A DNA stretch of 64,000 nt. It comes from Histomonas meleagridis 2922-C6/04-290x. Taxonomy: Eukaryota > Protista > Parabasalia. Below the pieces are notes generated by a model. It was given only the letters and a program-made list of their open reading frames with translations. It did not search any database and was not told the DNA's origin. A program made the position numbers and the translations under genes. Within the stretch, counting starts at the first letter, position 1; the number at the start of each line of letters is the position of its first letter. The stretch lies in contig JAANOX010000069.1 of the NCBI GenBank assembly GCA_020184695.1, positions 124,001 through 188,000 of the forward strand, given 5' to 3'. Below are positions 23,613 through 33,406 of the stretch, one piece after another.

Positions 23613-24596
23613 ATGCTTTCCGAGCAGCAGCTCTTCCAGGGCACTCGTTTCGACCCTCAGATCGCTCATGCCATCTACCTTGACATGCAAGATATGTTTA
23701 GGTACTATCCAACCTTAAGAGCTTATAATTATCGTTATCCATCTGGAAACGCAGTTTTGATTCAAGGGCCTCTAACAATAAAAATCGGTGGTTACGACGC
23801 CGTGTTGCCATTAAGTATGGTTCTGCCAGATCAATTCCCTTTCGCTCCTCCATTCGCTTCAATTTCCGTTCCAAACGGATTTCATCTTTCTTCTTCTTAT
23901 GCTCTTCAGCCTAATGGAACTATAAACACAAACGCTGTATTCAAATGGGTTCCAAGACAATCCCGCTTATCACAGATTGTATATGCAATTCAAAAATTCT
24001 TTTCCGATTACCCACCATATTCATTACAGCAAGCTCAGTCATTGAGTGCTCAGCAACCTCAACAACAACAATATCAACAATCTCACGCACAGCCACAGCA
24101 ACAATATCAACAACCACAGCAGCAATATCAACAACCACCATCACAACCACAGCAGCAATATCAACAGCCACCATCACAACAACAATATCAACAGCCTCCA
24201 TCACAACAACAATATCAACAGCCTCCATCACAACAACAATATCAACAGCCACCATCACAGCCATCGAGTGCCACTATGCCTCCAGCTCAAGAACCTCCTC
24301 ACTCTATCCCAGGAAGTGGTTCTGCTCCGCTTCCTCCAGCTAATGCTCAACCCAACACTCATGAGCAACAGCCGGCCAACCCTGCACCACCAAAGGCAGA
24401 GCCGGAGAAGCCAGCTCCTGCACCAGAACCAGCTCCAGAGCCTAAGAAAGATCCAGAAGCCGAATACAAGGAAAAGGTGAAAGAGCTCCGTGAAGACTTC
24501 CACAACGGAAAGATAACTGCAGAACAATTTACAAAGACCAACCGTGAGTTGAGCCGAACATACTTCGAGAAGCACCTTTTGCCGGCTTTCCAATAA
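23613..24596 (+). CDS. UEV-domain (Tsg101/Vps23-like) protein with Gln/Pro tandem repeats
   Basis: L..YPTL...GPLTI...LPLSMVLPDQFPFAPP...V...G.IN..WVP...L UEV pattern; 27-nt repeats encoding QQQYQQPPS at about 24100-24260. Confidence 0.75.
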   Translation: MLSEQQLFQGTRFDPQIAHAIYLDMQDMFRYYPTLRAYNYRYPSGNAVLIQGPLTIKIGGYDAVLPLSMVLPDQFPFAPPFASISVPNGFHLSSSYALQPNGTINTNAVFKWVPRQSRLSQIVYAIQKFFSDYPPYSLQQAQSLSAQQPQQQQYQQSHAQPQQQYQQPQQQYQQPPSQPQQQYQQPPSQQQYQQPPSQQQYQQPPSQQQYQQPPSQPSSATMPPAQEPPHSIPGSGSAPLPPANAQPNTHEQQPANPAPPKAEPEKPAPAPEPAPEPKKDPEAEYKEKVKELREDFHNGKITAEQFTKTNRELSRTYFEKHLLPAFQ

Positions 24597-26307
24597 AGTG
24601 AGATAATTTCTAAAACAAATAATCGTATTCCAACTTTTTCTTAATAAACCGTTTTATTAATGTGACGATAAAATTTCACATGTAAAGTAAAGTCCGACAG
24701 AACGATACAGAACGGCGCTGTCAATTGTAAAATTTACGCCGTTGGAAGGTCAAGAAACTGTTTCTACAGAAAATGTTATCGTCATTTTGAAATTTCTATT
24801 GTTTCTGTGCACCAGAAACAACTCAACCGTTGTGTCTCTAATTCTGATTTTGGTACAATCGATAACCCATGTTCGACAATCATTTTTTGTAACCATGATT
24901 TATCAGGCTTTTTGGTATGCAATTGATTTGCGAGGATGTCGCAACCGCAAGCTTAAAGTAAGCATCGAGCTTTGATAATTCTTTGAGATTGAAGATGAAT
25001 AGCTATTTTTTTTGCTTCGCAAGTTGAAAGACAATTAATATCATTTTCTCTTTCTTCTACAATCTGGATGAATTCAATAATATCTGAATTAGATAATTTA
25101 ATTTACAGAATAATTTCTTTCTTTCATTTTTTTTTATGGTCTAATGCATACAATATTTCGTCATCTTAATTGGTATCTTCAAAAATATATATTATATATA
25201 ATATCATTTATTTATGTGTTTATACTCAATGTGTGATATATTGATCATAATTATGATATATATTTCCGGAAGTATTGAATACAAAACAATTAAAAACAAT
25301 TCAATCATTAAAAAATGAAACTTAAAATGAATCTAGAGGGATTATTATATGAGATAAAATGAAATAAATAACATCAAAATATTGTAAAAAATATTTAAAT
25401 CAAAGTAATAGAGAGATATTGGAGAAATTTTGAAAAAATTTTTTTGCACATAGAACTCTATGTTAAAATTCATAAAAATCTCTAAATTTAATGATATATT
25501 TAATGTTATAAATTATATATAAAATAACATGGCAATTTCAATCCATAAAAAATGTATGAATATTTATAATATGTTAAACATGTTTAATCTATGAATTGTA
25601 TCAAATATATTCTTGTTTTCGTTTCATAAAAGTTTACAGGATAAAATAACATTTCATACCAATGATTATAGCATACATAGGATATGTTTTCGCATTACAT
25701 CTCATTACGACCAGTTTATATATGAGATACGATATCATTTGTGTCCTTAGTATTTTTATTTCCATCTTTCCTTTTTTGACTTCATTTTTGTTTTTTCATA
25801 TATTTTTTGCCATTTAACATTCGGTATTGATTAATCCCAAATATGAGATTCCTAATTATCACAAAAATGTTAATCAAGTTCAATATAAAATAAATATATT
25901 TTCGCTTATACAATTAATATTCGCAAATTAGAAGCAGGCGAATATTTTATGTTTCTACATGTTGTAATGCTTTACTCGATTGTGTGCTTTACTCCTACGT
26001 AATTTGAACAGTACATGAATTGAGTTTGTTTGTTTGGGAAATCAGCTGTTTCTGCTCATTTCAGATACAAACTGTATAAATTTATATGCAATTAATAATA
26101 TTTTATATATTAAATAATTATTGAAGACAACAAGTTATCTAAAAATATTATAATTATAGAATTATACAAATTTATTAATTAAAATCTTTCATGAAATTGT
26201 CTTCATTTTGCTTCATCTTTAAAACAACTTTAAGTACTTCGGAGATACTCGTAACATCAAATAAAATTAAAAATAAAAATTCTATTTTTATTACATATAT
26301 AACAAAA

Positions 26308-27534
26308 TTATTTCTTGACCATTCCTGGTCTCTTAAGCTTTGTTGATTGCGGTGTATTCGGATCAATTGATTTTTCTTGTTGACTCTTTTTCCTTTTCGT
26401 TGTCTTTTTAACTCTTTTCTTGGCCCTTAACTTTTTAGTTTTCTTTATTGGCTTCTTTTGTTCACTTATTATTTCTTCATGTTCTGAACTTTCATTTGAG
26501 AAAATTATTCCGAATTTCATTTGGTTCAAATCTGATGGAAGTAAACTTTTGCTTGATGCGATATTCAATTTCATTGAATTTGGTTGCGAAATTGTGGGAG
26601 TCTCAAACGGTTGGCTATTTGGCCCGTGACCGTTTAATTTCTGTCGAAGTTTTTCAATTAATTTTTCGTTTTCTTCTATTTTTTGTTGATATTCGATTTC
26701 GAGATTTTTGATTTTAGTTTTATTGGTTTTAATATCATCACGAAGTTTTCTTATGATTTCTTTCGTTTCTTTTTTGATCGACTTCTTGGTCGGATTACCT
26801 ATCAAATTGATCCCATAATGAAGAGTATTGATTTGCTCATAAAGTTGAGAACATCGCATACTTTGAAGGATTAGTTGATGTCGAAGAAGAAAGTTTTGTG
26901 AAATTATTTTTTTGGCTGTTGAAGAATCATTATTTGAATCTGGTTTCTTTTCTTTATCTTTCTTATCAGCTTCACTACTTTCTTTTTTACTTTCTGGTGG
27001 ACGTTCAATAGTTGATATAAGTTGTGATAAACTTGTATTTTGATTATTAAAATTTTGATATATTTCTCGGATTTGATATAGCGCAATGTTTTTAAGTGAA
27101 TAGAGATAATGATCTTGAAGATTAATAGTGATTTCATAATCATGAAGTCGTTTTTGAATTAAAGATTTACAATATGGTAAAAAATTATTCATTGTATGGA
27201 GTCCTTCTATAGATGCGCCATCGAGGATCTCACGAAGGGTAATAGTTAAATCTTTAAAAAAAAGATTTTCCATTGAATCTTCTGATATAATATTACTTTC
27301 ACTACTTTGTGATAGCAACAAACCTCCACTTGGAATGGAATTTTGTGTGAAGGAATGAATATGTGATATAAAGCGTGAGAAATTTCTTTGATTAAGACTT
27401 AAGCTACCTCTGATTTGGCAAGTTTGGACTCCTGGTGGAGAAAAAGAATTTCGAGTGATGTCTGCTTGATTCATTTCATGTGCATCTAAGTCTGTTTCAC
27501 TTGAAGAAGAAAATGATTTTGTTGAAGATTCCAT
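26308..27534 (-). CDS. Hypothetical protein with coiled coil and basic C-terminus
   Basis: 408-aa ORF; no recognised family. Confidence 0.65.
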   Translation of the reverse strand: MESSTKSFSSSSETDLDAHEMNQADITRNSFSPPGVQTCQIRGSLSLNQRNFSRFISHIHSFTQNSIPSGGLLLSQSSESNIISEDSMENLFFKDLTITLREILDGASIEGLHTMNNFLPYCKSLIQKRLHDYEITINLQDHYLYSLKNIALYQIREIYQNFNNQNTSLSQLISTIERPPESKKESSEADKKDKEKKPDSNNDSSTAKKIISQNFLLRHQLILQSMRCSQLYEQINTLHYGINLIGNPTKKSIKKETKEIIRKLRDDIKTNKTKIKNLEIEYQQKIEENEKLIEKLRQKLNGHGPNSQPFETPTISQPNSMKLNIASSKSLLPSDLNQMKFGIIFSNESSEHEEIISEQKKPIKKTKKLRAKKRVKKTTKRKKSQQEKSIDPNTPQSTKLKRPGMVKK

Positions 27535-27808
27535 TTGTATTCGAAAACCGTTTTTGCCGTTGCATTTTCGTTATAAACTATTGAAAATTGAATTCATAAC
27601 TGGTCCAATCATTCTTTAAAATTTTATTGTAATTAAAACTACAATTGAAACGATTGGGTAATGCACAAGTTTAAATGTTTTTATGAATGAAAATATTCGA
27701 AAAAATTGAAGATTTTGTCTTTGTTTCTTTTTTTGTGATCTGGGAAACTTAATGCACTTTTCCAATAAACTACTATTGACTTAAACCGCACATAGCATTT
27801 GGAAGAAC

Positions 27809-29095
27809 ATGCGAAAACGTAAAACAAATACAAGTAAGAAAGAAAAAATATATCCCCAAAACATAGAACTAGAATTATTCTCTGAGCTTGAACAAATAAT
27901 AATGAATCTAACAGAAGAAAATTTAAATTTGTCAGCAATCCAAACAATAAAATTATTTGATTTTAATTTACCATATTCATTTAATCTTGTTATAAGTAAT
28001 TTAATTTATTATTCATTTTTATCACAAAGAAATAAGTGTACTACATATTTTAAATTTTTAGAAATAATTCAAAAGAAAGAAGAGGAAAAAATTAATTCTA
28101 AATACAATATTATTGAAATATTCCTGAATTATATCATAAGGAATAATTCTCAAGAAGCTCTATATCTAATTGAGCAAATGATTAGACAAAATTTAATTGA
28201 TGCAAATATGACAAAGATAATTCCTTCAAAATATTTTGCTCATTACAAAACTACAAATGAAAACAAAGAATGGATATCTAATGATCTATTTTGTTCTTTT
28301 TTTTTAAAAAATTATAACAAACTTTCAAAGAATGATTTTGAGCTTCATAAGAAATTAATTGAAGAAGGGCATAATCCGAATGAAATAGCAAAAATCATTC
28401 GAAATGATGAAATAGAAAAACTTCAAGAAATATCATCACAAACAAATTTTGATTTTAATCAAATAATTGAACCATCACTTTATGAAAGATGTTCATTTGT
28501 TAATGAAGATAATGTTTCATTAATTGATTATGCAGCATTTTTTTCTTCGATTAAATGTTTTAAATATTTACTTATGAACAAAGCAAATGTAAGTAAAACA
28601 GGTAAATATGCAGTTGCAGGTAAAAATTTAGAAATAATTAATTTATGTGAACAAAATGGTTCATCATTTATAGGGTCTTATGAAACAGCAATTAAATCTC
28701 ATCGAAACGATATTTTTCGTTATCTTTATGAAAATAAAATGGATAATTTGTGTGAGGAACATGATGCAAAACCTCATAAAGATTTTCTGACATATGAAGA
28801 TTTAATAAAATTTTGTGTTATGAGTGGAAATTATGAAATCCTATCATTTTTAGAAGGAGAAGGAACTAAAATCAATGAATCTATTATCAATGAATCAGCA
28901 GAAATTGGTAATATATATCTACTCATGTATTTTCTTCATAATAACAAGAAAATACCAAAAAATATTTTAATTTATTCTATTAAATCAGAGAATGTTGAAG
29001 TTGTGGAATATATCATTCTTAAACACAGAAAAGAAATTAATTTTAATTCTGTAAATATTTTTTGTAAAATTTCAATGTTTTCATATAATATTTAA
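27809..29095 (+). CDS. DUF3447-type ankyrin repeat protein, N-terminal uninterrupted part (gene B)
   Basis: FDFNQIIEPSLYERCS, YAAFFSSIKCFKYLL, AIKSHRNDIF motifs; immediately followed by array B. Confidence 0.85.
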   Translation: MRKRKTNTSKKEKIYPQNIELELFSELEQIIMNLTEENLNLSAIQTIKLFDFNLPYSFNLVISNLIYYSFLSQRNKCTTYFKFLEIIQKKEEEKINSKYNIIEIFLNYIIRNNSQEALYLIEQMIRQNLIDANMTKIIPSKYFAHYKTTNENKEWISNDLFCSFFLKNYNKLSKNDFELHKKLIEEGHNPNEIAKIIRNDEIEKLQEISSQTNFDFNQIIEPSLYERCSFVNEDNVSLIDYAAFFSSIKCFKYLLMNKANVSKTGKYAVAGKNLEIINLCEQNGSSFIGSYETAIKSHRNDIFRYLYENKMDNLCEEHDAKPHKDFLTYEDLIKFCVMSGNYEILSFLEGEGTKINESIINESAEIGNIYLLMYFLHNNKKIPKNILIYSIKSENVEVVEYIILKHRKEINFNSVNIFCKISMFSYNI

Positions 29096-31400
29096 TTATG
29101 AATTATTAAGTTATTTAGAACAGCTTTGATATATGTTGCTGAAAAAGGTCACACAAAAATAGTAAAATTACTTCTTGAACAAAAAGGAATTGATATTAAT
29201 TATAAAGATATTTATTTGTTTTATTTAAAATTTATTTTAATAATTTTGGATTTCAAAATAATATTTGGAAATTATTTAAATTATTTTGGTCAGCACTTAT
29301 GATTGCATCTGGAAAAGGTTATGCAAAAATAGTTAAATTACTTCTTGAACAAAAAGGAATTGATATTAATGCTAAAGGTATTCATTTATTTTATTTAAAA
29401 TTTATTTTAATAATTTTGGATTTCAAAATAATATTTGAAAATTATTTAAAATATTTAATACAGCACTTATGATTGCATCTGGAAAAGGTTATGCAAAAAT
29501 AGTTAAATTACTTCTTGAACAAAAAGGAATTGATATTAATGCTAAAGATAAAATTTATTTTAATAATTTTATATTTGAAAATAATATTTGGAAATTATTT
29601 AAATTATTTAGAACAGCACTTATTTTTGCATCTTCAAATGGTCATATAGAAATAGTTAAATTACTTCTTGAACAAAAAGGAATTGATATTAATTATAAAG
29701 ATATTTATTTGTTTTATTTAATATTTATTTTAATAATTTTGGAATAATCCATGATATTATTTAAAAATTATTTAAATTGTTTGAAACAGCACTTATGATT
29801 GCATCTGGAAAAGGTTATGCAAAAATAGTTAAATTACTTCTTGAACAAAAAGGAATTGATATTAATGCTAAAGATATTTATTTGTTTTATTTAATATTTA
29901 TTTTAATAATTTTGGAATAATCCATGATATTATTTAAAAATTATTTAAATTGTTTGAAACAGCACTTATGATTGCATCTGGAAAAGGTTATGCAAAAATA
30001 GTTAAATTACTTCTTGAACAAAAAGGAATTGATATTAATGCTAAAGATATTTATTTGTTTTATTTAAAATTTATTTTAATAATTTAATGTTTCAAAATAA
30101 TATTTGGAAATTATTTAAATTATTTAGAACAGCACTTATTTTTGCATCTTCAAATGGTCATATAGAAATAGTTAAATTACTTCTTGAACAAAAAGGAATT
30201 GATATTAATTATAAAATTTATTTGTTTTATTTAAAATTTATTTTAATAATTTAATGTTTCAAAATACTATTTGGAAATTATTTAAAATATTTAATATAGC
30301 ACTTATATTAGCATCTTCAAATGGTCATATAGAAATAGTTAAATTACTTCTTGAACAAAAAGGAATTGATATTAATTATAAAGATATTTATTTGTTTTAT
30401 TTAATATTTATTTTCAATAATTTTATATTTCAAAATAATATTTGGAAATTATTTAAAGTATTTAGAACAGCACTTATTTTTGCATCTAGAGATGGTAATT
30501 TAGAATTTGTTAAATTACTTTTGGATAATAAAAGAATTGCTTTAAATGTTATAGATAATTTTTATTTACTATAATCGATATTATTTATAATTACTTTGGT
30601 TTTTAATCCAAAATTTAAAGTTTTATTATATAATTTGAAACACCATTAATTTGGGCCTCAAAAAATGGTCATAAAGAAATAGTTAAAATACTTCTCGAAA
30701 AAGAAGGAATTAATATTAATGCCAAAAATTTTTGATTGTTTTGTTCAAGGTTTAAATTAATTAAAATGGATTTCTTAATAATGTTTGGAAAATATTCATA
30801 TTGTTTCAGACAGCACTTATAAAGGCATCTTCAAGTGGATACACTGAAATAACCAAAATACTTTTAGGAAAAGAAGGAATTGATGTTAATGCTCAAGATA
30901 TTGTTTTTATATTTTGTTTAGAATTTATTTATAAAATTGGATGTGTTAAATGTGTATTTGGGATTTATTGAAAATTCTTGAAACAGCAGTTGTGTTTGCA
31001 GCTAAAAATGGTCACACAGAAATTGTTAAATTACTTCTTGAACAAAAAGGAATTGATATTAATGCTAAAGATGAATTTTTGTTGTTTTATTTGATATTTA
31101 TTATAATAATTTGATATTTTAAGATAATATTTGGAATTTACTTAAAATATTTTGTACAGCACTCATGAAAGCATCGAGAAATGGTCATGCTGAAATAGTT
31201 AAATTACTTCTTGAACAAAAAGATATTGATATTAAAGCTAAAACTATTTATTAAATTTCTTTAAAATTCAATTAAATGATATAATATTTCAAAATAATAT
31301 TTGGAAATTAATGAAATTATTTGAAACAGCACTTGATTTAGCATCTTCAAAAGGTAATCAAAAAATTGTTAAGTTATTTCATAAAAAAAATTATAATTAA
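29096..31400 (+). repeat. Interrupted ankyrin-repeat array B: 14 repeats, period mostly 170/173 nt
   Basis: Repeat starts at 29120, 29290, 29460, 29613, 29786, 29959, 30129, 30296, 30467, 30640, 30810, 30983, 31156 and 31326. Each reads TALxxAxxxGxxxIVKLLLEQKGIDINxKD; the final cap repeat ends at TAA 31398-31400. Confidence 0.92.
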
Positions 31401-31593
31401 GAAAATTTATTGAATAAAGACATTATTTTATTAAAAGAATAAATGTTATTTTTGAAAATATGTAAATCTCTCAAAGTAAACCGATATAACTTTTTTGAGA
31501 TGAGCGTTAAATGCATTCAAAAAGTTGAGATCTCCGTCTTTGTTTTGAAAATTTTAATTTAAATCATATGATTTTGAGATTGCTAACTTATTA

Positions 31594-31875
31594 CTAATTT
31601 TTTGCACCTTTCTCATTGAGTAGTTTGACTATTTCAGTGTAATTTTTTTTATATGCCCAATCAAATGCTGTTAAAAATATTATTTGCAATTTCCAAATAA
31701 TGTTTTGATATTCCAAACTTTTAATAAAAATATTGATATTAATAAATTAATATTTTCTGCGTCGATGTCAATTCCTTTCTGTTCTATGAGTAACTTAACC
31801 ATATCAATGTATCCAACACAAGATGCCAATATAAGTGGTGTAAAAAACAATTTAAATAATTTCCACATAACACTT
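31594..31875 (-). repeat. Interrupted ankyrin array D: two repeats, probable severed 3' tail of gene C
   Basis: Repeat starts at 31841 (TPLILASCVGY...) and 31671 (TAFDWAYKKNY...GAKN*), period 170; same spacer motif upstream. Confidence 0.8.
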
Positions 31876-31879
31876 TAGT

Positions 31880-32005
31880 ACAAGATTAGCACGTAATTTG
31901 AATTCTGGTGATAGTATTGCATTAGTTCTTCGAGTTGCTATACCAGGTACTGTTGTTAATCAAAAGTTTTTAGGTGTTCAATTAAATTATGCAATTACTT
32001 ATTAA
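31880..32005 (+). pseudogene. C-terminal fragment of putative CRESS-virus capsid protein
   Basis: Manual translation TRLARNLNSGDSIALVLRVAIPGTVVNQKFLGVQLNYAITY*. The RLARNLNSGD.I...NYAI terminus resembles capsids of gut-associated CRESS viruses from memory; not searched. Confidence 0.55.
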
Positions 32006-32031
32006 TAAAAAATTTTCCCACTGTTATTTTT

Positions 32032-32664
32032 ATGTTTGATCCACATCGTATTGGACCTATTAGTGAATCTTATTATTCACGTAATAAGGGACGTGTTATA
32101 CAACGTAAGTTGGTACCTCCTATTAATCCACCTCTTACTAAATATGATTTAGATCGTGCTTATGAAGTTCTTAAGAACAATGGTAGGATTCCTGATTATA
32201 CTATTCAAGATACCATTGTTAATTATCCTGGTGGTTCTAGTACTAAAAGAATTGCTTATGAAATTGGATCTACTATTAAGGTTATTATACCAATATCTTT
32301 TATATCTATTTCAGATGTTTCTGGTTTTATTCCATTATCACAATTTACTTATATCACTAATTTAAATCAGACAATAGATCCAACACATTATTATGTTATT
32401 ATTCAAATTGAACCTAATCAACCCAATTCTGAATATACTGAGATATATGTCAATTATTTACATCAATCATCTATTTCTAGTTCAGGTACTTATTATTATT
32501 ATTTATATGATTTTGGTACTACTTTTCCATCAGTTAATAATCGTACAGTTGGTTTTTTTACATCTAATAATTCTTTAGTATTTTATATTCGTGAAACCAA
32601 TTTTGAAGTATCTGCACCCAGTGTTTTAATTGTTCCTAATTCTAATTATTCATTTAATTTTTAA
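32032..32664 (+). CDS. Intact 210-aa ORF of unknown function within the viral insert
   Basis: ATG...TAA ORF with strong T-ending codon bias and a beta-rich Y/I/S/T/N composition. Confidence 0.65.
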   Translation: MFDPHRIGPISESYYSRNKGRVIQRKLVPPINPPLTKYDLDRAYEVLKNNGRIPDYTIQDTIVNYPGGSSTKRIAYEIGSTIKVIIPISFISISDVSGFIPLSQFTYITNLNQTIDPTHYYVIIQIEPNQPNSEYTEIYVNYLHQSSISSSGTYYYYLYDFGTTFPSVNNRTVGFFTSNNSLVFYIRETNFEVSAPSVLIVPNSNYSFNF

Positions 32665-32838
32665 TTGTAAAATGTAAACCATTCAATTGATTTTAAGATA
32701 ATTTCTTTTTTCTATCGGTTTTTCTGGTTAATTTTTTTTTTCTTTTCGACTCAGCACATAAGTGATAATAACAAAGTTTGTTCACTCTATGGGCAATTGA
32801 GAACTTTTTTCTTTTTTTCTTTTTCTTTAAACCAAGGT

Positions 32839-32976
32839 ACCCCCTCCCCCAAAAGAAGCCCTAATGGCGAATGAGTGCATTTATCACGAGCTGGCCGTAG
32901 CCCGACCTCGCGGAGCCCTTTTTTATATAAGGGCGGAGACCAGAGAAGTAGATAAAGTGCAATAGGGGTGGGGGTT
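32839..32976. other. GC-rich intergenic region with stem-loop (candidate viral origin/regulatory region)
   Basis: Hairpin GCCCTT-TTTTATAT-AAGGGC at 32915-32934, enclosed by imperfect inverted repeats ACCCCCTCCCC / GGGGTGGGGGT. Confidence 0.5.
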
Positions 32977-33239
32977 AGGCCAAATTTTTCAATTCAATTT
33001 CGACCGTTATCTGAGGACGATAAAAATAAAAATGCCCTGATTCTCTTTAGTTTTATCGTATTGGAGAACGATAGTAGGCTCCAAGGAGATCATATTACCT
33101 AAAGAGAATGGGCATTGCCTATCGACCAGATATCGATACAAAAAGTTCGGAATTGAATACTTTACGTCATTGCCTAGGCGATGAGTATTCAATTTTTGGT
33201 ACCTAAATAATAAAATTTAGGTAAAATTGAATTGTTTAT

Positions 33240-33404
33240 TTACCAAACTCTCAGTAGATTAACGTCCTCTCGGCTTTTGACTTCTATTTCCTTAAATCTT
33301 CTTTTAATGGCATCCTTGTCCACTTGATCTATGCCAATGAATGTATCTTCTATACTATGATTTGCGGTAATTATTAATTTATAGTTCCCAGGGTTAATAA
33401 CTGT
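33240..33404 (-). pseudogene. C-terminal fragment of CRESS Rep superfamily-3 helicase
   Basis: Manual translation TVINPGNYKLIITANHSIEDTFIGIDQVDKDAIKRRFKEIEVKSREDVNLLRVW* contains SF3 motif C (IITAN) and the arginine finger (AIKRRF). Confidence 0.75.
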
Positions 33405-33406
33405 AC

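Larger units (their letters stand above)
31878..33406. mobile_element. Endogenous CRESS-DNA-virus-like element (partial genome)
   Basis: T-rich coding style unlike the host flanks; convergent Cap-like and Rep-like fragments; GC-rich intergenic hairpins; GTAC at both junctions (31878 and 33403); sits inside an ankyrin-array spacer. Confidence 0.75.

Noticed and set aside
24695-24725. U6 snRNA-like GAACGATACAGA
   Set aside because: It lacks the ACAGAGA box completion and the following AGATTAGCATGG; chance match.
29096-31400. Canonical GT-AG or U12 AT-AC introns as the explanation of the spacers
   Set aside because: GT (TTTGTTTT) and AG (TTTAG) occur in only some copies. The conserved ACAG and AT...AC options give out-of-frame or truncated repeats, and the parabasalid ACTAACACACAG motif is absent.
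29096-31400. CRISPR array (regular ~170-nt periodicity)
   Set aside because: Eukaryotic context, both halves of the unit are repeated, one half encodes ankyrin, and no cas genes are present.
29096-31400. Uniform programmed -1 frameshifting at T TTA AAA, or TAA/TGA reassignment
   Set aside because: Many spacers have stops before the slippery site or after it in the -1 frame, using both TAA and TGA, and ordinary genes in the window terminate at these codons.
33007-33192. 61-aa minus-strand ORF inside the viral insert
   Set aside because: Short, non-ATG start in the track and no motif; may be a viral accessory ORF but is unsupported.
31878-33406. Restriction-fragment (GTAC) ligation artefact as the origin of the viral insert
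   Set aside because: Internal GTAC sites exist (e.g. ~31947) and the flanks are consistent with one split spacer; read-level confirmation is still needed.
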